DNA of 64,000 bases from Bradyrhizobium sp. (GTDB taxonomy: Bacteria; Pseudomonadota; Alphaproteobacteria; Rhizobiales; Xanthobacteraceae), in assembly GCA_035293585.1 (NCBI GenBank), contig DATGMN010000050.1, positions 23,274 through 87,273 on the forward strand, in the 5' to 3' direction. Below, one piece after another: positions 10,592 to 19,634 of the stretch. Every line of letters begins with the position of its first letter. Positions within the stretch are counted from its first letter, which is position 1. The position numbers were made by a program, and so were the translations under genes. A model generated the notes under the pieces. The model worked only from the letters and a program-made list of their open reading frames with translations, ran no database searches and had not been told where the DNA came from.

Positions 10592-10594
10592 CGG

Positions 10595-12214
10595 TCAGGC
10601 CGCTTGCGAGGAGGCGGTGCGGCCCGGCACGGCAGCCAGCAATTCGCGCGTATAGGGGTGTTCGGGGGCCGAGAACAGCGCGGCCGTGGCCTTCAATTCG
10701 ACAATGGCGCCGCGCTGCATCACCGCGATGCGGTCGCAGATCTGGGCGGCCACGCGCAGATCATGGGTGATGAACAGCATCGACAGGCCAAGGCGCGCCT
10801 TCAGGTCTTCGAGCAGCTTCAGCACCTGGGCCTGCACCGAGACGTCGAGTGCGGAGACCGCCTCGTCGGCGACGATGATTTCGGGCTCGAGCGCGAGTGC
10901 ACGGGCGATGCCGATGCGCTGGCGTTGGCCGCCGGAGAATTCGTGCGGATAGCGGTCGAGCGCGTTGGCGTTGAGCCCGACCAACTCCAGGAGCTCGCGC
11001 GCGCGCTCGCGCGCCGTCTTCGGGTCGGTGCCGTGCGCAATCGGCCCGTCGGTGATGATGTTGCCGACCTTGCGCCGCGGATTGAGCGACGCGAACGGAT
11101 CCTGGAAGATCATCTGGATGCGGCTGCGCGCGCTCCGCAGCTCCTTGCCCGACATCACCGTGAAGTCGGTGTCACTGATGCGCACCGTGCCCCTGTCAGC
11201 CTCGATCAGGCGCATGATCAGCCGCGCCACCGAGGATTTTCCCGAGCCGGATTCCCCGACCAGCCCCACCGTCTCGCCCTGCAGGACGGTGAAGCTGACT
11301 TCCTTTGCCGCCTGTACGCGGCGCTCCGGCTGGAACCAGCCACCGCTCGAGACATAGGTCTTGTCGAGACCGATCACCTCGACGGCCTTGGCGCGATTGC
11401 CGAGCGGGGCGCGCGGCGGCGGCTGCATGGTCGGCACGGCCGCGAGCAGCGCGCGGGTGTAGGCGGCTTGCGGCCGCGACAGCACCTCGTCGGCCGCGCC
11501 CTGTTCGACCACCTTGCCATGCTGCAGCACCACCACCGTGTCGGCGATGTCGGAGACCACGCCGAAATCATGGGTGATGAACATCACCGCCATGTTGTGG
11601 CGGCGCTGCAGGTCGCGGATCAGTTTCAGGATCTGCGCCTGGGTGGTGACGTCGAGCGCGGTGGTGGGCTCGTCCGCGACCAGCACGGCGGGCTCGAGCG
11701 CCAGCGCCATCGCGATCATGGCGCGTTGACGCTGCCCGCCCGACAATTGATGCGGATAGGCGCGCATCGATCTTTCGGGGTCCGGCAGCCCGACCTCGCG
11801 CAGCAGGCCCAGCGCCTTCTGCCGGCGGCCCTTGGGCGACAGCAGATCATGCGCCTCGAACATCTCGGCAATCTGGTCGCCGATCCGCATCAACGGGTTC
11901 AGCGCCGTCATCGGCTCCTGGAACACCATGGCGATGTGGCGGCCGCGCAGTGCGAGCCAGCCTGTGGCGTCGAGCTTGAGCAGATCCTGTCCCTCGAACA
12001 GGATCTCGCCTGATACGGGCTTCACATTGTCAGGCAGCAGGCCCATCAGCGCGTGCGCGCACATCGACTTGCCCGAGCCGGATTCGCCGACCACGCAGAG
12101 GATCTTGCCGGGAACGAGATCGAAGGAGACGCCGTCGACCGCGTGCGCGCGATCGGCGCCCGCGGGCAGGGCGATCTTCAGCTCCTTGATGGTGACTGCA
12201 GCATCCGGGGACAT
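10595..12214 (-). CDS. Peptide/nickel-type ABC transporter ATP-binding protein (two fused NBDs)
   Basis: Two GESGSGKS Walker A motifs; LSGGQRQR and FSGGQRQR; HPYTRELL. Confidence 0.93.
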   Translation of the reverse strand: MSPDAAVTIKELKIALPAGADRAHAVDGVSFDLVPGKILCVVGESGSGKSMCAHALMGLLPDNVKPVSGEILFEGQDLLKLDATGWLALRGRHIAMVFQEPMTALNPLMRIGDQIAEMFEAHDLLSPKGRRQKALGLLREVGLPDPERSMRAYPHQLSGGQRQRAMIAMALALEPAVLVADEPTTALDVTTQAQILKLIRDLQRRHNMAVMFITHDFGVVSDIADTVVVLQHGKVVEQGAADEVLSRPQAAYTRALLAAVPTMQPPPRAPLGNRAKAVEVIGLDKTYVSSGGWFQPERRVQAAKEVSFTVLQGETVGLVGESGSGKSSVARLIMRLIEADRGTVRISDTDFTVMSGKELRSARSRIQMIFQDPFASLNPRRKVGNIITDGPIAHGTDPKTARERARELLELVGLNANALDRYPHEFSGGQRQRIGIARALALEPEIIVADEAVSALDVSVQAQVLKLLEDLKARLGLSMLFITHDLRVAAQICDRIAVMQRGAIVELKATAALFSAPEHPYTRELLAAVPGRTASSQAA

Positions 12215-12218
12215 GGCT

Positions 12219-13058
12219 CTACCGCCCATCCTTGTTGAGGCGCGGGTTGAGCGCGTCGTTCAAGCCTTCGCCAATCAGGTTGAGCGCCAGCACCGAAAGC
12301 AGGATGGCGATGCCTGGAAATACCGTGATCCACCAGGCCTGGCGGATCACGGTGCGGCCGGCGCCGACCATGTAGCCCCAGGACATCAGGTTGGGATCGC
12401 CGAGCCCCAGGAACGACAGCGAGGATTCCAGGAGGATCGCGGTCGCCACCATCAGCGAGGCCAGCACGATCACCGGCGAGAGCGCATTGGGCAGGATCTC
12501 GCGCCAGATGATCCAGCGGTGGGACTGCCCGGTGACGATGGCGGCCTGGACATATTCGCGCGTCCGCAGCGACAGCACTTCGCCGCGCACCAGCCGCGCA
12601 ACCGGCGGCCAGCTGACGATGGCGATGGCGAGCACGATGGAGACGATCGAGGGCTGCAGGATCGCAACCAGCACGATGGCGAGCGCAAAGCTCGGCACGG
12701 TCTGGAAGAACTCGGTGAAGCGCATCAGGGCATCGCCGGTCCGGCCGCCGAAATAGCCGGCGACGGCGCCGACGGGAATGCCGACGGCGAGCGCCGCGAG
12801 CGTCGAGACCAGGCCCACCAGGAGCGAGACGCGCGCGCCATAGATGATGCCGGCGAGCACGTCGCGGCCGAGCGCGTCGGTGCCGAGCGGAAAGCCCTTG
12901 ACCGCGAAGGGCGGCAGGAATGGCCGCTGCACCATGCGCCAGGGCGAGGTCGGAAACAGCTCGGGGCCGAACAGCGCGACCGCAATCGCGATCGCGAGAA
13001 TCACAAGACCGATCAGCCCGCCGGGATGGCGCAACAGCGTTCGCGAGATCTGTCTCAT
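12219..13058 (-). CDS. Peptide-type ABC transporter permease (DppC-like)
   Basis: LGTDALGRDV, EYVQAA, SLSFLGLG. Confidence 0.92.
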   Translation of the reverse strand: MRQISRTLLRHPGGLIGLVILAIAIAVALFGPELFPTSPWRMVQRPFLPPFAVKGFPLGTDALGRDVLAGIIYGARVSLLVGLVSTLAALAVGIPVGAVAGYFGGRTGDALMRFTEFFQTVPSFALAIVLVAILQPSIVSIVLAIAIVSWPPVARLVRGEVLSLRTREYVQAAIVTGQSHRWIIWREILPNALSPVIVLASLMVATAILLESSLSFLGLGDPNLMSWGYMVGAGRTVIRQAWWITVFPGIAILLSVLALNLIGEGLNDALNPRLNKDGR

Positions 13059-14026
13059 GATGCGAACTCGATGCGGGGATCGACCGAGCGGTAGATCAGG
13101 TCGGTGATCAGGTTGAACACGAGCACCATGGCCGAGCAGACCACGAAGACGCCGAGCAGGAGATTGTAGTCGCGCTGCAACAGCGCCTCATACATCAGGC
13201 GGCCGATGCCGGGCCAGGCGAACACGGTTTCCGTCAGCACCGCGCCGCCGACCAGCGTGCCGGCCTGCAGCCCCGCGAGCGTCACGACGGGCAGCAGTGC
13301 ATTGCGCAACACATGGCGGCGCTGGATCACGGAATCGCGCAAGCCCTTCGCACGCGCCGTCTTGACGAAATCGAGCCGCTTTACTTCCAGCATCGATGCG
13401 CGCGTCATGCGGGCGTAGGTCGCCATGAAGAACAGGCCGATAGTGATCGCAGGCAGGATCAGATGCGCGCCGACGTCGAGCACATGGGCAAATCCCGTGT
13501 AGTTGGCGCCGACCGTCTCGTAGCCGAAGCTCGGCAGCCAATCCATGGCGACCGAGAACAGCAGGATCGCCATCAGCGCCACCCAGAACAGGGGCGTGGC
13601 ATAGAACAGCAGCGCCATGATGGTGATCAGCGTGTCGGCCCAGGTGCCGGCCCAGCGCGCGGCCAGCGTTCCGAACAATATTCCGAAGGCGAGCGAGATG
13701 ATGAAGGCGGCGCCGGTCAATAGCAGCGTCGCCGGCAGCCGCTCCAGGATCAGCTGCGACACCGGCATCTGCTGGCGGAAGGAGTAGCCGAGGTCGAGGG
13801 TGACGACGCCCTTCATATAGCGATAGAGCTGCACCGGCAGCGGCTGGTCGAGGCCGAATTTTTCGCGCAGCTGCGCGACGAACGCCTTGTCGCCGGCGCC
13901 GGCTTCGCCCGCCATCACCATGGCGGGATCGCCCGGCGCCATGCGGATCAGCATGAAGTTCAGCACCACGATCGCGAGCAGGACCACGACGGCCTTGGCA
14001 ATTCGCTGGGCAATGAAGGCGAGCAT
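13055..14026 (-). CDS. Peptide-type ABC transporter permease (DppB-like)
   Basis: PGDP, GLDQP, TARAKGL, ETVFAWPGIG, DPRI. Confidence 0.92.
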   Translation of the reverse strand: MLAFIAQRIAKAVVVLLAIVVLNFMLIRMAPGDPAMVMAGEAGAGDKAFVAQLREKFGLDQPLPVQLYRYMKGVVTLDLGYSFRQQMPVSQLILERLPATLLLTGAAFIISLAFGILFGTLAARWAGTWADTLITIMALLFYATPLFWVALMAILLFSVAMDWLPSFGYETVGANYTGFAHVLDVGAHLILPAITIGLFFMATYARMTRASMLEVKRLDFVKTARAKGLRDSVIQRRHVLRNALLPVVTLAGLQAGTLVGGAVLTETVFAWPGIGRLMYEALLQRDYNLLLGVFVVCSAMVLVFNLITDLIYRSVDPRIEFAS

Positions 14027-14101
14027 TGTCTCTTCCGTTGCGTTCGAGATGGCGCGTCCCGCGGCGGAAGAGGGCTCCCGCCGCGGGATTCTCAAAGCGC
14101 G

Positions 14102-15652
14102 TTACTTGTCGATCCAGGCGTCGCGGAAGCCGTCATTGACGCCGATGCCGGTGGTGATGAGGTTCTTGACGTTGCAGCGTGTGATGGTCGGGAACTGCAA
14201 TTCGAGCAGCCAGGCCACGGGGACGTCGTCGACCAGGATCTTCTGCACCTTGTCGTAGATCTCCTGGCGCTTGGAATCGGGGAAGGCGGTCGCGCCATCG
14301 GCGAACAGCTGGTCGACTTCCGGATTGGAATAGCCTTCGACGTTGTTGAAGACGAAGCCCTTGGCGATCTGGCTCGTGAGATAGTTGCGGGAGACGCCGA
14401 GCGCGGGATCGCCATACTGGTAGAGATAGGTGAAGGCGATATCGTAGTCCCAGTCGGCGACCTTGGAATTCCAGCCGGCCACGTCGGTGGCGACCATCTC
14501 GACCTTGATACCGACGTCTTCCAGGTTCTGCTTCACGGCTTCCGCCCAGCGCTGCCAGGTCTCGCCATAAGGCAGCGGCAACAGGCGAACCGTCTCGCCC
14601 TTGTAGCCGGCCTCCTTCAAGAGCGCCTTCGCCTTGGCGGGGTCGTAGTCATATTTGGTGACGTTGTCTGTGTAGAACTTGATGGTCGAGGCCGACGGTC
14701 CGGTCGCGACCTTGCCGAGGCCGTTCCAGATCACGTCCTTCGCGAAGTTGCGATCGATCGCATACATGAGGGCCTGGCGGAATTTCTTGTTGGCGGTCGG
14801 GCCGGAGCGGTTGTTCAGCCACAACCAGGAATGCGGGGAGAAGAACTCCCAGCCCGCGCCGGTCATGCAGGTGTTGGGCAGCTTGGAGAGGCGCGGCACG
14901 TCGAAATTCTCCACCGAGCCGCCCGGCAGCACGTCGACCTTGCCGGTCTCATAGGCCACCGCGCGGGCCGCCGCGTCGGGAATCACGTGCCAGTAGATCT
15001 CGTCGAGATAGGGCTTGCCCTTGATGTAGTAGTTCGGATTCTTCACCAGATGGATGAAGGCGCCCTTCTGCCATTCCTTGAACATGAAGGGACCGGTGCC
15101 GACAGGCGTGTTGTTCGCCGGATTGGTCTTGAAGTCGGTGCCTTCGTAGATGTGCTTCGGGATCATCGGCAGCGAGCCGACCTCGAAAATGCCGATGAAG
15201 GGCCCGAACGGCTGCTTCAGCGTGAACACCACGGTGTAGTCGTCGGGCGCCTCGACCTTGTCGACCATGGCGAGGTTGCCGCGGGCGCGGGGATGGGTCT
15301 GTTTGAGGAATTCCAGCGAGAACAGCACGTCGGCGGAAGTGAACGGCTTGCCGTCGTGCCAGGTGACGCCGTGATACAGATGGAAGGTGTAGGTCTTGCC
15401 GTCTTCGCTGATGTTCCAGCTTTCGGCCAGGCCCGGCTGCGGCTCCATCTTGGGGCTGTAGCGCAGCAGGCCCTCATAGATGTTGCCCGCGACCATCTGG
15501 GTCGGGCCGTTCTGTATAAGGCCGACCATCAGGCTCGGCGGCTCCGGCTGGATGACGGCGTTGACGACGCCGCCCATCTTCGGCTCTTCCGCGAACGCCG
15601 CGGCACTGACGCCGCAGGCCAGGACCAGGCCAAGCATCACTCGCTTCAACAT
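14102..15652 (-). CDS. Family-5 ABC substrate-binding protein
   Basis: Signal peptide; LAESW, WHDGKPFTSADV, GTGPF. Confidence 0.92.
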   Translation of the reverse strand: MLKRVMLGLVLACGVSAAAFAEEPKMGGVVNAVIQPEPPSLMVGLIQNGPTQMVAGNIYEGLLRYSPKMEPQPGLAESWNISEDGKTYTFHLYHGVTWHDGKPFTSADVLFSLEFLKQTHPRARGNLAMVDKVEAPDDYTVVFTLKQPFGPFIGIFEVGSLPMIPKHIYEGTDFKTNPANNTPVGTGPFMFKEWQKGAFIHLVKNPNYYIKGKPYLDEIYWHVIPDAAARAVAYETGKVDVLPGGSVENFDVPRLSKLPNTCMTGAGWEFFSPHSWLWLNNRSGPTANKKFRQALMYAIDRNFAKDVIWNGLGKVATGPSASTIKFYTDNVTKYDYDPAKAKALLKEAGYKGETVRLLPLPYGETWQRWAEAVKQNLEDVGIKVEMVATDVAGWNSKVADWDYDIAFTYLYQYGDPALGVSRNYLTSQIAKGFVFNNVEGYSNPEVDQLFADGATAFPDSKRQEIYDKVQKILVDDVPVAWLLELQFPTITRCNVKNLITTGIGVNDGFRDAWIDK

Positions 15653-15708
15653 CGCACTCTCTCTTCTTTGCTCGATCTTAAAGTCTCGATACCGACACCA
15701 ACTTCGAT

Positions 15709-15820
15709 CCGTCACCCTGAGGTGCTCGCGAAAGCGAGCCTCGAAGGGCGACGGCCCGGCTCTCGCAGCGGGGCCGTTCATCCTTCGAGGCGCGCATGCG
15801 CGCGCACCTCAGGATGACGG
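15709..15820. repeat. Rhizobial intergenic palindromic mosaic repeat, copy 1
   Basis: Terminal inverted repeats CCGTCACCCTGAGGTGC / GCACCTCAGGATGACGG with inner CCTCGAAGG / CCTTCGAGG arms; a closely related inverted copy lies at 46805-46918. Confidence 0.85.
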
Positions 15821-15846
15821 GGATAGTGGGGCGGTCCGTTCATCGC

Positions 15847-16620
15847 CTAATTCACAAAATCCGGATCGGTGCGCTCCAGCATGCGCTTGAACGCGGCCCA
15901 TTCGCTGTCGGGAATGCCGTCGATCTCGATCTTGTCGTAGAAGGTCGCGTATTGCTCGGCGGTCTTGCGTGCCACGCCTTGCGACAGCGGTGCGGTCGCG
16001 GCGCCCGCGGACTGGATCGCAAGCTGCGCGCGGCAGGAGCGCTCCAGATTGTGCATCAGCTTGAACGCCTCGGCGACCGAGCGGCCCAACGTGAGCATGC
16101 CGTGATTGCGCAGCACCATCACGTATTTGTCGCCGAGATCGGCGACGAGCCGGCTCCGCTCATCGAGATCGAGCGCGATGCCCTCATAGTCGTGATAGGC
16201 GAGGCGGTCGGTGAATTGCAGCGACCATTGATTGAGCGGCAGCAGGCCTTGCTCCTGGCACGACACGGCGACGCCTGCGACCGTGTGGGTGTGCAGCACG
16301 CAGGCCGCATCATGGCGCGCGGCATGCACCGCGCTGTGGATGGTGAAGCCCGCGGGGTTGATGCCGAGGTTCAGCGGATCGTCGACAATGTTGCCGTCGA
16401 TATCGACGGTGACGAGGTTGGAGGCGGTGACCTCCTCAAAGCGCATGCCGTAGGGATTGATCAAAAAACGGTCATGGGTGCCGGGAACGCGGGCGGAGAT
16501 GTGGGTGTAGATGCTGTCGTCCAGCCCCAGCCGATGGATCAGCCGGTAGGCGGCGGCGAGGTCGATCCGCGCCTGTTGAACAGGATCTTTCACGGCCGAC
16601 GGCCGCACATGTGTGGTCAT
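15847..16620 (-). CDS. Class II aldolase/adducin family protein
   Basis: RIDLAAAYR, THISAR, FEEVTASNL, GFTIHSAVH, LHTHT, LRNHG. Confidence 0.9.
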   Translation of the reverse strand: MTTHVRPSAVKDPVQQARIDLAAAYRLIHRLGLDDSIYTHISARVPGTHDRFLINPYGMRFEEVTASNLVTVDIDGNIVDDPLNLGINPAGFTIHSAVHAARHDAACVLHTHTVAGVAVSCQEQGLLPLNQWSLQFTDRLAYHDYEGIALDLDERSRLVADLGDKYVMVLRNHGMLTLGRSVAEAFKLMHNLERSCRAQLAIQSAGAATAPLSQGVARKTAEQYATFYDKIEIDGIPDSEWAAFKRMLERTDPDFVN

Positions 16621-16681
16621 TACGCTTCCCCGGTTTTGTTATGCGCAACTTGCTGCAGTGCAAAAGCTGTGGCAAGACTAA

Positions 16682-16693
16682 ACTGTCGACAAT
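16682..16693. promoter_or_regulatory. Candidate GntR operator (ACTGTCGACAAT, core palindrome TGTCGACA)
   Basis: Palindrome in the short AT-rich divergent gap between the aldolase and GntR genes; assignment to GntR is inferred. Confidence 0.5.
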
Positions 16694-16722
16694 CGACGAT
16701 TAAATAATGCACACTCCTCCTC

Positions 16723-17427
16723 ATGCGCACGATGTCTCCACCGGTCGGACTTCCTGCCCTTGCCGACACTGATCTGGTCGGCCAGGTCGCGCGTCTCCTG
16801 ACGCAAGCGGTTGTGCAGGGACGGCTGCCGCCGGGAGCGAAGGTGGTGGAAGCGGGGATTGCGCGTGAGCTCGGGGTGAGCCGCGCGCCGGTGCGGGAAG
16901 CCGCGCGCCTGCTCGAACGGCAGGGGCTGTTGGTGGCGCATCCGCGCCGCGGCTTCTTCGTCCGCAAATTCGAGGTCGACGATATCGACGAGATCTACGA
17001 CCTGCGGCTTTGCGTCGAGCGCCATGCCGCGGTGCTCGCCGCGCGCAATCTGACGCCGGAGACCCGCGACATGCTGCGACGACAGATCGATGTGCTTCAT
17101 CGGACCGCCGATCTCGACGAGCCCGCGCGTCAGGTCGAGGAGGACTACCGCTTTCACCGCCTGATCTGCGAGATCGCCGGCAACCGCCGCCTGCTTCGCC
17201 TGTTCGACGATCTCGCCTCCGAGTTGCGCATGGTGATCGGCCTGATCGGCCGCCTCTATGACGATCCGCACGAGATCGCGCGCACCCATGAACCGGTGCT
17301 GGCCGCGATCGAGGAGGGCCATCCCGAGCGCATCGTGGCCTGGGTCGACTATCACATTGGGCACGCCTGGCGGGAGGTCGGGCGACTCGTGCGCGAGATT
17401 CCGCCGCACGCAGCGACGAAGGATTGA
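16723..17427 (+). CDS. GntR/FCD-family transcriptional regulator
   Basis: LGVSRAPVREA winged HTH; EIYDLR, FHRLI and H residues of an FCD domain. Confidence 0.92.
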   Translation: MRTMSPPVGLPALADTDLVGQVARLLTQAVVQGRLPPGAKVVEAGIARELGVSRAPVREAARLLERQGLLVAHPRRGFFVRKFEVDDIDEIYDLRLCVERHAAVLAARNLTPETRDMLRRQIDVLHRTADLDEPARQVEEDYRFHRLICEIAGNRRLLRLFDDLASELRMVIGLIGRLYDDPHEIARTHEPVLAAIEEGHPERIVAWVDYHIGHAWREVGRLVREIPPHAATKD

Positions 17428-17491
17428 GCCGAGTGCCGCGCGGGCAACGCCGCTTGGCCGGAAACCGAACTGATTTGCAAAGGAGCAAGCT

Positions 17492-18517
17492 GTGAAGGCC
17501 GTCTACACTGAAAAGCATCGGAGCCACGATCCGCAATTCTTCCTGGTGCGCGGCGTGGTGAAGAAAACCACCGAGCAGCCCGAGCGTGCCGACCGCTTGC
17601 TGAAAGGCCTTGCGGCCGGCAAGCACCGGCTGGTCGAGTCCGTTGCCTTCGGACAGGGCCCGCGGCTGCGCGTGCACAGCGTCGAATATCTGAATTTCCT
17701 TGCCGAGGCCTGGGACGCCTGGTCGGCGCTCGGCGACGCCGGCCCCGAGATGATCGCCAACATCCATCCCGTGCGTCACGCCGCGACCTATCCGACCCAC
17801 ATCGTCGGCCGCCTCGGCTGGCACACCGCGGATACCGGATGCCCGATCGGCCCGGGCACCTGGGCCGGCGCGTGCGCGGCAAGCGATGTTGCGGTAACGG
17901 CGGCGCAGATGGTGATGGACGGCGAGGACGCAGTCTATGCGCTATGTCGTCCGCCGGGGCATCATGCCTATCGCGATATGGCCGGCGGTTTCTGCTTCCT
18001 CAACAACAGCGCGATCGCGGCTGCGCATCTGCGCCTGACGCATGAGCGCATCGTCGTCCTCGATGTCGACGTCCATCACGGCAACGGCACGCAAGGCATC
18101 TTCTACGAACGCTCGGACGTCTACACCATCTCGATCCATGCCGATCCGACCGCCTACTATCCCTTCGTCTGGGGCTATGCCCATGAGCGTGGCGAGGGTG
18201 CAGGTCTCGGCACCAATCTCAACATTCCGCTGCCGCTCGGCACGGCAGATGACGGCTACATGCAGGCGCTGGACAAGGCCGCCAAGGCGATCAAGGCGTT
18301 TGCGCCGGGCGCGCTCGTGGTGGCGCTCGGGCTGGACGCCTCCGAACATGATCCGCTCAAGGGTCTCGCCGTCACCACTGAGGGCTTCCGCCGCATGGGT
18401 GAAGCAATCGCGCGGATGGGGCTGCCGACCGTGTTCGTCCAGGAGGGCGGATATTTGTCGGATATTCTCGGCGAAAATCTCACCGCCGTGCTCGGCGGCT
18501 TCGAGGCCGCGCGCTGA
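17492..18517 (+). CDS. Histone deacetylase-family amidohydrolase (acetylpolyamine amidohydrolase-like)
   Basis: RPPGHHA, GGFCFLNN, DVDVHHGNGTQ, QEGGY. Confidence 0.92.
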   Translation: MKAVYTEKHRSHDPQFFLVRGVVKKTTEQPERADRLLKGLAAGKHRLVESVAFGQGPRLRVHSVEYLNFLAEAWDAWSALGDAGPEMIANIHPVRHAATYPTHIVGRLGWHTADTGCPIGPGTWAGACAASDVAVTAAQMVMDGEDAVYALCRPPGHHAYRDMAGGFCFLNNSAIAAAHLRLTHERIVVLDVDVHHGNGTQGIFYERSDVYTISIHADPTAYYPFVWGYAHERGEGAGLGTNLNIPLPLGTADDGYMQALDKAAKAIKAFAPGALVVALGLDASEHDPLKGLAVTTEGFRRMGEAIARMGLPTVFVQEGGYLSDILGENLTAVLGGFEAAR

Positions 18518-18641
18518 TCCGCAGCCGCGCGCAAGCGCGCGATTGCTTCGGTTGAAACAGCGATCGGGCTGCCGCCATGCGCCCGCGACCACCGGCTGCC
18601 TTTTTGTGGCAGCCGGTGACCGCGGGACTAGCGTCTGCGTC

Positions 18642-19337
18642 TCAAGGCGTAATGTCGTGACCGATGAAGCAGTGCGGATGGCCGACGTCGTGGGGTAACT
18701 CGCCCGCGCCGAGATACACGATGTTGTCGGCACTCGGTGTGCCGTCGAGACCCGCGAGACGGCGCATGCGGAATGCAATGGCGTGATCTGCACATGCGGT
18801 GTCACCGCTCACGCCGAGCCCTCCGATCACCTGGCCTCCCATGTAGAGCGGCACGCCGCCCCCGAATGTGATGATTCCGCCGGGAACCTTGCCTATCCCG
18901 GATCCCTGCTGCTGGAGTTCGGGATTGAACGGGTTGGAGTTGTTCAGCCCATAGAGCGAGCCGGCGGGGAACGTGGTTGCGACCGCAGTATTGGCGGGTT
19001 GGGTAAAGGAGTAGAGATTGGCGGTCGAAAGCGCAGTCTTGTCGTTGCTGAAATCGTTGGCGGTGCTGGCTTTGGCGATGGCAATCGCGCGACTGCCAGG
19101 CCAGGCATCCGGATGGCTGCGTATGACGGAGCAGAGAGTTCCCTGACGATCGACGACGGCCGACCACATCCGATTCGGCTTGAACAGGCCGCCATTGGCG
19201 TCGGGCAGATTGACGACGGCCGCAAGCTTTGCCTGCAGGCCGTTTACAACTTGATTGGGAAGCAGGCATTCCTCGTCAGCGAGAGCAGGCGTCGAAACGA
19301 CAAGACCCAGGACGACGGTAATCAAAGGGTACCTCAT
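18642..19337 (-). CDS. Secreted GlcG/HbpS-family heme-binding protein
   Basis: Signal peptide; AVVDRQG, IAIAKASTA, FGGGVPL, IGGLGVSG. Confidence 0.8.
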   Translation of the reverse strand: MRYPLITVVLGLVVSTPALADEECLLPNQVVNGLQAKLAAVVNLPDANGGLFKPNRMWSAVVDRQGTLCSVIRSHPDAWPGSRAIAIAKASTANDFSNDKTALSTANLYSFTQPANTAVATTFPAGSLYGLNNSNPFNPELQQQGSGIGKVPGGIITFGGGVPLYMGGQVIGGLGVSGDTACADHAIAFRMRRLAGLDGTPSADNIVYLGAGELPHDVGHPHCFIGHDITP

Positions 19338-19634
19338 CAAAGCGTCTCCTTGCTAACTATCAATGATTGCTATTGATTTGCGACGGGCCGGGTAGCCGTT
19401 GCAGAAAAATGATTGTCGACGGCGAAAAAATCGGACCGCGTCGGGTTGACGATAGCGCCCGCGATTGACGTCTGGTTGAAGCTTGGATGAATGTGCTCGC
19501 GCGACCGGAGAAACTCAGGTCGATCGCGCTCGAAATCAATCATCTCGAGGCGTCGGCGCCGGTCCCGCAGCTTTTTTGCCGCTTTGGTGCGAATCGAATA
19601 CCGGTAAGGCTGGGATCATTTCGAAAATCCGCTG

